A stretch of 32,000 bases of DNA. Source: Ignicoccus pacificus DSM 13166. GTDB taxonomy: Archaea; Thermoproteota; Thermoprotei_A; Sulfolobales; Ignicoccaceae. The notes beneath the pieces are model-generated. The model was given only the letters and a program-made list of their open reading frames with translations. It was not told the origin of the DNA and did not search any database. This document shows positions 9,854 through 18,717 of the stretch, piece by piece. Position numbers and translations under genes: made by a program. Numbering within the stretch: position 1 is the stretch's first letter; each line of letters begins with the position of its first letter. The stretch is taken from contig CP006868.1 in the NCBI GenBank assembly GCA_025340205.1, positions 1,620,001-1,652,000 of the forward strand, written 5' to 3'.

Positions 9854-11009
9854 GGTATATCCTTGAAGGCGAAATCCTAGTAACTACATAAATCACTACT
9901 TCACCTTTATCGACATTACTCCTGAACGTCGCTTCATATGGCAAAGGCTTACCGTCAAACGTCATTACAGCTGTCTCCCTCTTTAATCCCAATTCGTAGA
10001 GAACTTGCCTTACTCTCTTGCCCTTCGTATCGGCATACACCCACTTAATCCATCCTTGACCTACCACAGCTATGTTTCCGTCTCCATACACTTCCATCCT
10101 TGGGTTCTTTGGAGGTGTTGTGTTAGTTCTGCTAGCCTGCAGCCTAAGTTTACATATCGAACAGACCTCTCCATAACTTCTCAATCTACAGTACTTGCAG
10201 AGCTTTGCTTCTATAACTTTCTTATTGTTAAATGCATTAGAAATCTTTAAGATATTGTTCATTAGTTTCAATTTCGTCGAAGGATTCGAATCCTCGAGTT
10301 CGTGTAAGAATAATCTTATCTTGTCTCCAACAGCTTCTTCCGTATAATAAAGTGGACATCTCTCCTTCAACCATGTTAATCTTTTTGATAAAGCGAAGGC
10401 CAAAATGTCGCGCTCGGGTATCCAGAACAAAGGTTTCACTCGTCCCAGCGTTCCCTTTAGTTTCTCTTCAATAGCCTTCGCCTTTCTTAACTCCTCCGGC
10501 TTTCCAAAAATTAGAGATGAGAGAGCTACTTGAAGCACATCATCTAAGTTATGTCCTGTTGCAACGTAATCCTTACCTAAGCGGGTTCCTATCAGATCCA
10601 AGGCATGTCTCCTTATCTTTGAACAGAGACCACAAGGGGTTCTCTTGAACTTTCTATAATCTAGAGCAGTAAAACCATACAGTTCCTTAGCGTGTACAGT
10701 TATATGTTCCAGTTGCAATTCCTCTGCCACCTTCTTAGCTACTCTTGCCTCAACAGTACTATAGTACGGTACAGTATCCACGGTCACAGTTAGAGGGTTG
10801 TATCCCAATCTCTTTAATAAGTAGGCTAATACTACGCTATCCTTACCTCCGCTCAGCCCTAAGATAAGGTTTCTTGGGATGTCTACCCTCTTAACACGTT
10901 TAAGCATGAACTTCTCAAAGTGTTCTTCACAAAGTCTCAATCTAGCATAAGGGAGACTCACGATGGCTCTTCTCCCACAAAGGGAACATCTCGGAACTTG
11001 GACCTTCAT
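9825..11009 (-). CDS. TtuA/Ncs6-family tRNA 2-thiolation PP-loop ATPase with two zinc fingers and an extra C-terminal domain
   Basis: CSLC...CEEH, SGGKDS, PCGLC, GHNLDD, RCPLYY, CKYC-x8-CSIC; about 75 additional C-terminal residues resemble a beta-grasp fold. Confidence 0.9.
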   Translation of the reverse strand: MKVQVPRCSLCGRRAIVSLPYARLRLCEEHFEKFMLKRVKRVDIPRNLILGLSGGKDSVVLAYLLKRLGYNPLTVTVDTVPYYSTVEARVAKKVAEELQLEHITVHAKELYGFTALDYRKFKRTPCGLCSKIRRHALDLIGTRLGKDYVATGHNLDDVLQVALSSLIFGKPEELRKAKAIEEKLKGTLGRVKPLFWIPERDILAFALSKRLTWLKERCPLYYTEEAVGDKIRLFLHELEDSNPSTKLKLMNNILKISNAFNNKKVIEAKLCKYCRLRSYGEVCSICKLRLQASRTNTTPPKNPRMEVYGDGNIAVVGQGWIKWVYADTKGKRVRQVLYELGLKRETAVMTFDGKPLPYEATFRSNVDKGEVVIYVVTRISPSRIYPRARQSSSP

Positions 11010-12529
11010 AGCACTTCAGCTACCACGCTCCTCGCGTGGTGCCTCTTTACAACTACGCTGACCCATCGACCTATTTCCATTGGCCTAGGTATTTCAAAAG
11101 TTATAGGATAGCTCCCCGGGTAGCGTGCATAACTCACTCCCCTCTCTACCTTCTCCACCACCACATTTCTAACTACAGTATTTGCTGGCAATACCCTCCT
11201 CAGCATCCTTTTCTGCCATTCCATTACGAATCTTCGAAAGCCTTCATACCCTTTACCTACCTTTACTTTCGATATCATCTTACTGACTTTACTCCCCTCT
11301 AGAATGGACAACTTTCTTATGTTAACTCTTCTTACCATTAACCCTCTTTTCTCTATTTCGTTCATCAGCTCCTCGTTTATCTTCCATGTTTCCTTACTCT
11401 CACCCGGTAATCCCGCGATGAAGTTCAAGCCAGGTAAAAGATGAGGTAACCCATTCCATCCCCTCTTCGCTCCTACTTTATTTATTATCTCTACTGCTTT
11501 CAACGCTCCTTCTTTGTCCACCTTCAAGTTATTCAATTTCACCACCTTAGGATCTACGCTTTCTATACCTAGGGCGGCAACATCGCCCGGTGTATGATAT
11601 TCTACAACGACCTTCAAAGCTTCCTCGCTTTCTCGAGGATTCCTCGCTATGGTTCCTGGATTCACGTTGTCAATGTGTAGTGTTATGAGTGAAGGAGCTC
11701 TCGATCTTATACCGTAAAATAGTTTCCTTAACTCTTCTGGTTCCGGCTTAGGCCATTCCTTTAAGCCCAAGTCCTTTGATCCGTAAACGAGGATGTCGCT
11801 CTGTCTTCCCAATCTGATGTTCCTGACGCCAAAACGGTATAGCATGCCTACTTCCTCTACTATATCTTCGATTTTTCGGACCTTTGGTCTACCGTAGAAT
11901 GGGTCCAGACAAAAGCTACAGCCACCGGTAACCCATCGAGCGCAGCCCCTGTAGGTTTCAATTTCTGCGACCAAGTTCCCTATTCTCATATTTGGATGTT
12001 GTAAGACCACCTCAGAACCTCTTATTAAGGCCTTACTCCTCAAATCATAGCTTTTCTCATCTTCATAGTCTGATGCATATTCAATGCCGTATTTAGCTGC
12101 CTCATACACCCACTTAGCGACGTTGTGTCTTATTCTTACCACACCCTCTAAAGGTTTAGTTCGGGTACCTCCTAAGCCACCGAGTCCGAAACGAGCCGCC
12201 GGACCAACCAAGTACAAAGGTTTATCGCTCCACAATTGCATGTACTCGATCTCCTTGGGATCTCTTAGTGGTTCTCCTGACAAGTATCTTCCAGGGACTA
12301 GCGCTCCGGCTATTACTATTACTGCATCGACCTTCTCGACCATTCGAACATACTCTCTTCTGTCTTTTCTTACATCATCAATGGTTAGGTAGTAAGCCTC
12401 GTTGTCCTTCGATGCCAGCTTCAAAGCTCCGTAGATCTCACGGGGATACGTATCTATGTAAGGCGGGACTCCTAGTCCTGCTGGTTCATCTGTGTAACCA
12501 TCGACAATTAGCACCCTCCTTAGCTTCAT
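11006..12529 (-). CDS. Radical SAM protein, archaeal uncharacterised Fe-S oxidoreductase group (COG1031-like)
   Basis: Atypical cluster motif CARWVTGGCSFC (C-x7-C-x2-C); downstream GIESVDPKVVKLNNLK; LLPGLNFIAGLPGESKET. Confidence 0.82.
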   Translation of the reverse strand: MKLRRVLIVDGYTDEPAGLGVPPYIDTYPREIYGALKLASKDNEAYYLTIDDVRKDRREYVRMVEKVDAVIVIAGALVPGRYLSGEPLRDPKEIEYMQLWSDKPLYLVGPAARFGLGGLGGTRTKPLEGVVRIRHNVAKWVYEAAKYGIEYASDYEDEKSYDLRSKALIRGSEVVLQHPNMRIGNLVAEIETYRGCARWVTGGCSFCLDPFYGRPKVRKIEDIVEEVGMLYRFGVRNIRLGRQSDILVYGSKDLGLKEWPKPEPEELRKLFYGIRSRAPSLITLHIDNVNPGTIARNPRESEEALKVVVEYHTPGDVAALGIESVDPKVVKLNNLKVDKEGALKAVEIINKVGAKRGWNGLPHLLPGLNFIAGLPGESKETWKINEELMNEIEKRGLMVRRVNIRKLSILEGSKVSKMISKVKVGKGYEGFRRFVMEWQKRMLRRVLPANTVVRNVVVEKVERGVSYARYPGSYPITFEIPRPMEIGRWVSVVVKRHHARSVVAEVL

Positions 12530-12845
12530 GAGTCTTCACTCTCAACCGCTCCGGGAGAAAGGAGTGGAGGAGAAATTAGTAAGAGACTTTATACCGATTA
12601 TAGCGGAAGGCTGCTATAGAAAAGCTACTCCCTCAGAAGCTCTTGATTACTTGGCTAAGAAGCTGGTCGAAGAGGCCTTAGAATTCTTGGTTACTAAAGA
12701 CCCCATGGAATTAGCTGACGTAGAAAGTGTTCTCAAGGCTCTTACGAAGTTGATGAAAGTGAATCTGGAAGAACTTACGTTGAAGAAGGATAAGGATAGA
12801 GGCGGATTCAAAGCACTATGGATAAGGACAGAATGTTATCCCTAA
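12528..12845 (+). CDS. MazG-like / phosphoribosyl-ATP pyrophosphohydrolase-like nucleotide pyrophosphatase
   Basis: LVRDFIPIIAEG...LAKKLVEEALEFL...ELADVESVLKAL...KDRGGFKALW; a GTG at 12564 is an alternative start. Confidence 0.75.
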   Translation: MSLHSQPLREKGVEEKLVRDFIPIIAEGCYRKATPSEALDYLAKKLVEEALEFLVTKDPMELADVESVLKALTKLMKVNLEELTLKKDKDRGGFKALWIRTECYP

Positions 12846-12887
12846 GACATAAAGACCTTGACGTACCGAGCACGCGGGGTCCGATAA

Positions 12888-13334
12888 TTGATAGAATATG
12901 ATATAGATTCGCTCTCCCTCGCAGTACTCTTCGCTATAAAGAATGGACTTAAGGATCCTAAAGCTATAGCTAGGGAACTCAACGTCGATGAAGATAGCAT
13001 TCGCGAGGTCATCGAGGAACTCGAGGATAGAGGTTTGATTAAAGTGGAGAAAAAGAAGTTCTTATTTTTCGAGACTAGCGACGTTAAGCTAACAAGAGAG
13101 GGTTACAACACTTTGCTAGCTGCCTTAGATAAGCTGAAACCCAAGTTGGAAGAGGCGAGGAAGATAGCGGTAGAAAGGGGTCCTGATGAGGCCATGGCGT
13201 TCCTGGGAGCAATGGGATTGGGGCTGTTAGCTCCTCTCCTCTTACCCCTACTTCTAGGTGGGATATTCACCTTACCCTTCATGGATCCTAGCGGAGGACA
13301 CAATAATAATATCCATCCTGGTGAACCCTTTTAG
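12888..13334 (+). CDS. Winged-helix DNA-binding protein with a C-terminal hydrophobic segment
   Basis: KDPKAIARELNVDEDSIREVIEELEDRGLIKVEKKK...LTREGYNTL followed by FLGAMGLGLLAPLLLPLLLGGIFTLPF. Confidence 0.7.
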   Translation: MIEYDIDSLSLAVLFAIKNGLKDPKAIARELNVDEDSIREVIEELEDRGLIKVEKKKFLFFETSDVKLTREGYNTLLAALDKLKPKLEEARKIAVERGPDEAMAFLGAMGLGLLAPLLLPLLLGGIFTLPFMDPSGGHNNNIHPGEPF

Positions 13335-13345
13335 GGAAGAGCGAA

Positions 13346-14005
13346 GTGATCGATCTGGCCTACCTCCTAATTGGTTTTATAAAGGCAATACTGTACTTCA
13401 ACACACTAATGGCATCCTCACACACTGACTTGACCTCGCTATTTCCTCATAACATAATTCAAAGCACCCAAACGCTTAGTACAAGCAACTGCACGATTCA
13501 GATAGTCAAAATCAGTAACACTACCCTGCCTATAGCCAAGGCTACGATAGTGGTTACACCCCTATACCTCAAAGGCTGGAGAAACGCGTTCATACATTCT
13601 ATTGAGTATCTAGTATCGCATCATGTTGAAGTAATCCTAGTCAAGCCTGTCTGTAAAGGCTATGTAGATGGAACGATCAAAGATTTAACGAAGGTTGTTA
13701 AAAGTACTAACACTACAACGTGTTATGGTTGGGGCCCAGAAGCGCTTATCTGTATGAACGTCACCGACGTCTCTTCTATAGCTGATTCTCCTCAAGGAAG
13801 CTACGAACTCATGAGATCCTACCTCTCGACGTTTGGAGCTGGTGGCTATCTTGCTTTGGAATACTTGTATGGAAAGGGATTGCTGTTCAAATACGCACAA
13901 TCAAATAAGCTGCTAGTCAATGGAAAACTATACGGATTCTCTAACAGGGATGTACCCCTCTTACTTTGGTCACCTGAGGTGCTCCTGAAACTAATCGTGA
14001 AATAA
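13346..14005 (+). CDS. Hypothetical, probably exported or membrane-anchored protein; GTG start
   Basis: N-terminal hydrophobic stretch and multiple N-x-S/T sequons (SNCT, SNTT, STNTTT, MNVT); adjacent to the GT-C like gene. Confidence 0.55.
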   Translation: MIDLAYLLIGFIKAILYFNTLMASSHTDLTSLFPHNIIQSTQTLSTSNCTIQIVKISNTTLPIAKATIVVTPLYLKGWRNAFIHSIEYLVSHHVEVILVKPVCKGYVDGTIKDLTKVVKSTNTTTCYGWGPEALICMNVTDVSSIADSPQGSYELMRSYLSTFGAGGYLALEYLYGKGLLFKYAQSNKLLVNGKLYGFSNRDVPLLLWSPEVLLKLIVK

Positions 14006-14040
14006 ATACCGTGCCAAGCTCTCCTCGCGGGCCTATCGTC

Positions 14041-15996
14041 ATGAAGAAGATAGTGTTGGGGCTAACACTACTGCTCATCTTAGCGATAATGGGTGGTTCT
14101 GCATGGGACACTTACGTGTTTATAGAGAGCACGAGACTCTTCGTGAAGGGTATAGATCCTTACGTATTCTATAACGACGTCAGAGCGTACTTACCAGGTC
14201 TAGGTCCCATGTGGCTAACCTATCCGCCGTTACCCTTGTTCCTATGGGCCCCCTTCATAGCCCCCTTAGTTTACTTGAAGATTCCTCTATCATGGCTCTA
14301 TACGTTGGCGGTAAAGATACCTTCAATCATAGCTCTCTTAGCTTCGGTCTATATGATAAAGAAGAAAAACGGTAAGTGGGTTTGGGTACTCTTTAACCCA
14401 ATAGCAATAGCTACCATATTCATTCATGGAATGTTTGACGTTATTGTTGCGTTCTTCTTACTCTTCAGTCTATTAAACATAGATGAAAGGAAGGAATTAA
14501 GTGCAATAAGTTTTGGACTGGCGCTGGCGACTAAGCAGCATGCAGTCCTAGCTGCCCCTGCCTTCTTAGCCTACTTTCTAAAGAAAAAAGATTTTAAAAA
14601 TATGATAAAGTTCTTCCTAATAGCAGCGCTAGCTTTTGCAATGGTAATACTTGCCTTTGAAGCCATCTTTGGATTCAATGACATCAGCTACTTACTCAAG
14701 AGCGTCTTTCTCTTCCATACCAAGAGACCACCTAATGGATTGGGCTTCGGTGGTTTCGCCGTAATGAACTTCTATGCGGATGCCTTCGACCATTACGCCG
14801 GCAACACAGCTGTGGCCTTGTACATGGGAGGTCATGCTTCTGTGCTTTCGAAGATCGTAGATAAGATAGCACTGCTAATGATTCCGGCTGTTCTGTTAGC
14901 ATTAAAGTTAGATCCTTTGACAGCTACATTCCTCATCTACTTGGATTATATAGCACTGAGTTACGTGGGAGCGATCCAGCATATGGTAGTTCCTATGGTG
15001 CTGGCAGGTTTAGTCTTAGCTAAGGATGACAAGTTACGCAAGATATTGCTATATAGCTTCACGCTATACGCCATAGAGCATGTATTGGTATTCTGGGACT
15101 TCTTCCCGATGTTCCTTTCGCCGCTCTTCCTGAAACAGTTTGGTATGTGGATGGCCTACATATCGAGGCTCAGTGACACGTTCTTCCCTTATTGGGCTAT
15201 GCTCTTAAGAGCGTTCGGAGTTGTAGTAACCTCAGCAGCGCTAGCTCTATTACTGATCTTCTTGACTCTCTACTATAAGGAGAAATTTGCGTTTAGGTTC
15301 TCCGGCCTAATAATACCAACCTTATACGTACTCGAAATACTGCTACTCGCGATATTCATGAGTGGCGTGACTGGTCATGTTGCAGTTCACCATCCTTCAC
15401 AAGCAAAGGGTTGGTGTCTTCTAGTACCATGGGAGAACTCAGAGTATCCAGGCTATAGGATGGGTGACTATCTATCTCCCTTTGCTATTCCCACGCCTTT
15501 AGGCTACTACTCTTACGTCTACCCAGTAGCTGAGAAGGTGATTAAAGATCTCAAGGGGAGGTGCAATATCGCAATTCTAGCTAGAGAGGACTTGTTCAGG
15601 GCTTACCAGTACGTAGACTTACTCTCCGTCATAATGAAATACAACATGACCTATGCTTGGGTAATTACATCAAACAAGAATTACCTAGAGGGATTGGGTA
15701 GTGGTCCTTATCAAACCCTCATTCCTACAATACTATCGAACATACCTTATAAGAAAATGTTCAGAATGGGAGGAATCATGGGTTTCATGAATTTGACGTT
15801 CAACTTCTTACCACCGATATCTTATCAAGGATATTACAAGGTACACAACAGGCCCGTGATCTTCGTGTGGAATATAAACCCCAATGATTTAATTACTATT
15901 AAAGAAATGGTTAGGGGCAAAGACGTTGTGATATTACCTTTTAGAGGAAAGATATTGGACATCAAAGCCTTGGGGCTATCCATAATCGGAGGCTAG
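14041..15996 (+). CDS. Multi-pass membrane glycosyltransferase-like protein (GT-C / GT87-like)
   Basis: Many TM segments, PMWLTYPPLPLFLWAPF, GLALATKQHAVLAAPAFLAYFL; ATG at 14041 (MKKIVLGLTLLLILAIMG) preferred to 14011. Confidence 0.75.
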   Translation: MKKIVLGLTLLLILAIMGGSAWDTYVFIESTRLFVKGIDPYVFYNDVRAYLPGLGPMWLTYPPLPLFLWAPFIAPLVYLKIPLSWLYTLAVKIPSIIALLASVYMIKKKNGKWVWVLFNPIAIATIFIHGMFDVIVAFFLLFSLLNIDERKELSAISFGLALATKQHAVLAAPAFLAYFLKKKDFKNMIKFFLIAALAFAMVILAFEAIFGFNDISYLLKSVFLFHTKRPPNGLGFGGFAVMNFYADAFDHYAGNTAVALYMGGHASVLSKIVDKIALLMIPAVLLALKLDPLTATFLIYLDYIALSYVGAIQHMVVPMVLAGLVLAKDDKLRKILLYSFTLYAIEHVLVFWDFFPMFLSPLFLKQFGMWMAYISRLSDTFFPYWAMLLRAFGVVVTSAALALLLIFLTLYYKEKFAFRFSGLIIPTLYVLEILLLAIFMSGVTGHVAVHHPSQAKGWCLLVPWENSEYPGYRMGDYLSPFAIPTPLGYYSYVYPVAEKVIKDLKGRCNIAILAREDLFRAYQYVDLLSVIMKYNMTYAWVITSNKNYLEGLGSGPYQTLIPTILSNIPYKKMFRMGGIMGFMNLTFNFLPPISYQGYYKVHNRPVIFVWNINPNDLITIKEMVRGKDVVILPFRGKILDIKALGLSIIGG

Positions 15997-16732
15997 AGCC
16001 CATCTCCATTTCGTAATCTATTCTTAGAGGTAGGTCCTGCCCGAAGCTAAGGCTTAAGCTCTCAGCTGCTTGGTACGCTCTAGAAGCATCGTACAGATGT
16101 GCCACTGAATACTTAGCCTTCGCCTTTTCATCAACTATTAGCGACAGCAAAGGGTTACCTAAGGAGAGCTGGGCCTCGTAACTCTTGCCCACGTCACTCG
16201 TGAGGATTCTTATCATATCGTTGCTTGGCGTTTCCATAAGTACTTCTTCACCTATTATCTTGGCATCAGCTACTATATCCCTCAAATCCTTGGGCTTCAT
16301 TGTTGCTTCAACAGTCAAGTCAACTTCTGGCTCTTGCAGATCCTCTTCTTCAGCCATCTCTAAAGCACTTACCTTGAATTCTCTCTCAACGCTAGTCTTC
16401 TTATTTATAAACTTAATTATGAAATATGGGGATCCTGTTTCGTAGCTCAATATAACCATATCATCTCTAGTTCCTCTCTTTATCACCTTAGAAACCTCAT
16501 CCGGTATGAGTTTGACTAGCAGTTCATCTTTCATGAGTACGTATTCCTCGAACGATGCCGCCACCATGTTAAATATTACCATTAAGTTGTTGTCACTACT
16601 CATTCTCTTTACATTTATGCCTTCTTGAGTTATCTTCAATGGAAGTTCCTCGAAGAGCTTGAGTATAGGTTGCCATATCTTTTTGAACTTACTAGCATTC
16701 GGGAAAACTGCCTTGAACGTAACTTCATCCAT
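15962..16732 (-). CDS. pcn: DNA polymerase sliding clamp PCNA
   Basis: FEELPLKITQEGINVKRMSSDNNLMVIFNM ... EVDLTVEATMKPKDLRDIVADAKIIGEEV ... LPLRIDYEMEMGSSLRLWIAPRL; ATG at 16732. Confidence 0.92.
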   Translation of the reverse strand: MDEVTFKAVFPNASKFKKIWQPILKLFEELPLKITQEGINVKRMSSDNNLMVIFNMVAASFEEYVLMKDELLVKLIPDEVSKVIKRGTRDDMVILSYETGSPYFIIKFINKKTSVEREFKVSALEMAEEEDLQEPEVDLTVEATMKPKDLRDIVADAKIIGEEVLMETPSNDMIRILTSDVGKSYEAQLSLGNPLLSLIVDEKAKAKYSVAHLYDASRAYQAAESLSLSFGQDLPLRIDYEMEMGSSLRLWIAPRL

Positions 16733-16762
16733 TTGAGGACCCAATGTAGCTTCGGTGCCCCC

Positions 16763-16771
16763 TTTATTATA
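16763..16771. promoter_or_regulatory. TATA-like element TTTATTATA centred between the divergent PCNA and 16803 genes
   Basis: Centre is 35 nt from the PCNA ATG (16732) and 36 nt from the TTG at 16803; reads as TATAATAAA on the minus strand. Confidence 0.4.
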
Positions 16772-16802
16772 CTCTAGAACAGCACGGTAGCTGGGAGAGA
16801 GC

Positions 16803-17189
16803 TTGAAGGAGATAAAGATTCTCGTAGATGGGGGTAAGTATAAGTGGGTGACGCTCCCCAAGGATGAAGCTCTAAAACTCTTGGAGATGATAGAGGGAGA
16901 ACTTGGAAGAAGTCCCAGGGACCTACAAGAGACCATGAGGTACCTGAGGCATTTCGATGAGTTCTACAGGGATATGAAGAAGAGGTTCAAGGATTTCATC
17001 GCACCTTCTCATAGTTTAGATGACATGATAAGAGGGGTAGTTGTGGTTGACAAGGTGGCTCTCAAAAAGGAAGGAGATCAAGACCTAGCTACCATAGTCT
17101 TTGATAGGAGGGTCAAAACTGAGCTCTTGAAGAAGTTGCTAGAAGAATTGGGTTACAAAGTAGAGATAGAGGTGGAGAAGTTATGGTAG
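16803..17189 (+). CDS. Hypothetical protein; TTG start
   Basis: Coding-like charged alpha/beta composition; overlaps the next ORF by 7 bp. Confidence 0.65.
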   Translation: MKEIKILVDGGKYKWVTLPKDEALKLLEMIEGELGRSPRDLQETMRYLRHFDEFYRDMKKRFKDFIAPSHSLDDMIRGVVVVDKVALKKEGDQDLATIVFDRRVKTELLKKLLEELGYKVEIEVEKLW

Positions 17190-17404
17190 AGGTCGTCAGG
17201 GTGTTTCTTCACACCTATGATGACGACCTCTTTGAGAAGGCGTTAAAGAAGTTGGAGGAACTTGGTTCTGTCAAGATTTCCAAGTCCATGGTAGTACCGA
17301 ACTACGCTTATTCGGAATTACCTCCATCTTCTTTGAGTAAGGCCAAAGAAGTACTCGAGGAATTGGGAATAGAGGACTTTAAGGTGGTACTGGTTAAAAC
17401 CTGA
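17183..17404 (+). CDS. Small hypothetical protein (73 aa)
   Basis: MVEVVRVFLHTYDDDLFEKALKKLEELGSVKISKSMVVPN...; coupled to the upstream ORF and antisense to the 3' end of the VirB4/CedB-like gene. Confidence 0.6.
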   Translation: MVEVVRVFLHTYDDDLFEKALKKLEELGSVKISKSMVVPNYAYSELPPSSLSKAKEVLEELGIEDFKVVLVKT

Positions 17405-18717
17405 AGGATTTCCTCTACGTCGACCAATATCCTCTTTACGTGACCCTGATGCCTTAGAAACACCTCCCCTCGGGGCAATGCCTTCAATAATCTATATTGT
17501 TCTCCTAGAAGCTTGAAGTATAGGTCCTCATTCTTGATACTATTCGACCTAAAGAGTATCATCGTGTGTGTATTAGTTAATATCGCATCGCTTAAGTCGC
17601 CAAGCTCTTGTGTCGATAAAACCACGCCGACGCCTTTGCTGCGCCCCTCCCTAACTAGCTCTTCCATCAATTCCTCCGAAACAATCCACGCTTCATCTAT
17701 TACGACAAGTCTTCTAAGTCTTTTCGTTGGATTCATTTCTATTATCTCATTTAGAATATTTAACATAATATCGTTTATCTTTTCATTCCTTAATCTAGGA
17801 TCACCATGATACGTTATTACATTTACCTCAAGATCAACCTTCTCCAAAATATACCTTAAATCACCTTTAGGATCAACCACAGTTACGTCAACATCTTCGC
17901 TAAGAGTTTTTAGCCTATATATTAGAGAGGCTAGAAAAGTAGTCTTCCCAGAACCCGTAGAGCCAACTACACCTACATGATGAGTCAAATCATCATATCC
18001 TAGAAATACTGGCTCATTTGTCGATATGTCTTTCCCTATATATATTCCATTGATATCTGATTTCTTGACATGGGGATACACTAGCCCTAGGGATTCAGCG
18101 GTACAAGTGATGTCCTTACTCTTTATTATGTTTACGTTTATCAATCTCTTCAGCTCTCTGTTATTAATTTTCCTCACCTTCGCACCTAAGAGGTTCTCGA
18201 GTACTACTGAGATGAACTGCATCTCAGAGCGCAACTTATTTAGTTCGTTTGAGTATAACAGATACTTCAAGTTAATACTAGCAGGAGGAACTCCTTCGCT
18301 TAGCACCTTATATAACTTCTCAAGTACCCTAAGTTTTCTATCAACCTTTACGTCTGTAGGATCGCTCATCTTCAATACCCTCAAACTAGTTATTTCTCTC
18401 TCAAGTTTCGCTAATATGTCGTTAACTGCAATTGGTTTCTTCACCAATCTTATCTCTAATATCATTCCTGGAGCCGCTCTTTGGAGAGCATAAGAATACT
18501 GCCTTATGGTCTCATAATATTCATCGTAAAGCCTACTCGGATCAATATCTACAACCTCTATTCCTCCGACAAATATCACCTTTTTCCCGTAGACAACCTT
18601 TATTATACCGTCTTCTACATTGAACATTCTCTTTCTCTTTATTCTATTACTTCGTTTACATACTATTAAGGCGACTAGCGTAGGCACCAAGATCTCAAAT
18701 ATCATTACCTCTACCAT
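17308..18717 (-). CDS. VirB4/HerA-like membrane-associated ATPase, CedB-like
   Basis: N-terminal TM (MIFEILVPTLVALIVCK), Walker A GSTGSGKTT, Walker B RRLVVIDEAW, VVLSTQELGDLSDAI; adjacent to a CedA-like gene. Confidence 0.82.
   Translation of the reverse strand: MVEVMIFEILVPTLVALIVCKRSNRIKRKRMFNVEDGIIKVVYGKKVIFVGGIEVVDIDPSRLYDEYYETIRQYSYALQRAAPGMILEIRLVKKPIAVNDILAKLEREITSLRVLKMSDPTDVKVDRKLRVLEKLYKVLSEGVPPASINLKYLLYSNELNKLRSEMQFISVVLENLLGAKVRKINNRELKRLINVNIIKSKDITCTAESLGLVYPHVKKSDINGIYIGKDISTNEPVFLGYDDLTHHVGVVGSTGSGKTTFLASLIYRLKTLSEDVDVTVVDPKGDLRYILEKVDLEVNVITYHGDPRLRNEKINDIMLNILNEIIEMNPTKRLRRLVVIDEAWIVSEELMEELVREGRSKGVGVVLSTQELGDLSDAILTNTHTMILFRSNSIKNEDLYFKLLGEQYRLLKALPRGEVFLRHQGHVKRILVDVEEILQVLTSTTLKSSIPNSSSTSLALLKEDGGNSE

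Noticed and set aside
12084-12531. Overlapping plus-strand ORFs of 102 and 87 aa
   Set aside because: Antisense to the radical SAM gene; no recognisable motifs.
18026-18493. 155-aa plus-strand ORF with hydrophobic, Ser-rich sequence
   Set aside because: Antisense to the VirB4/CedB-like ATPase gene.
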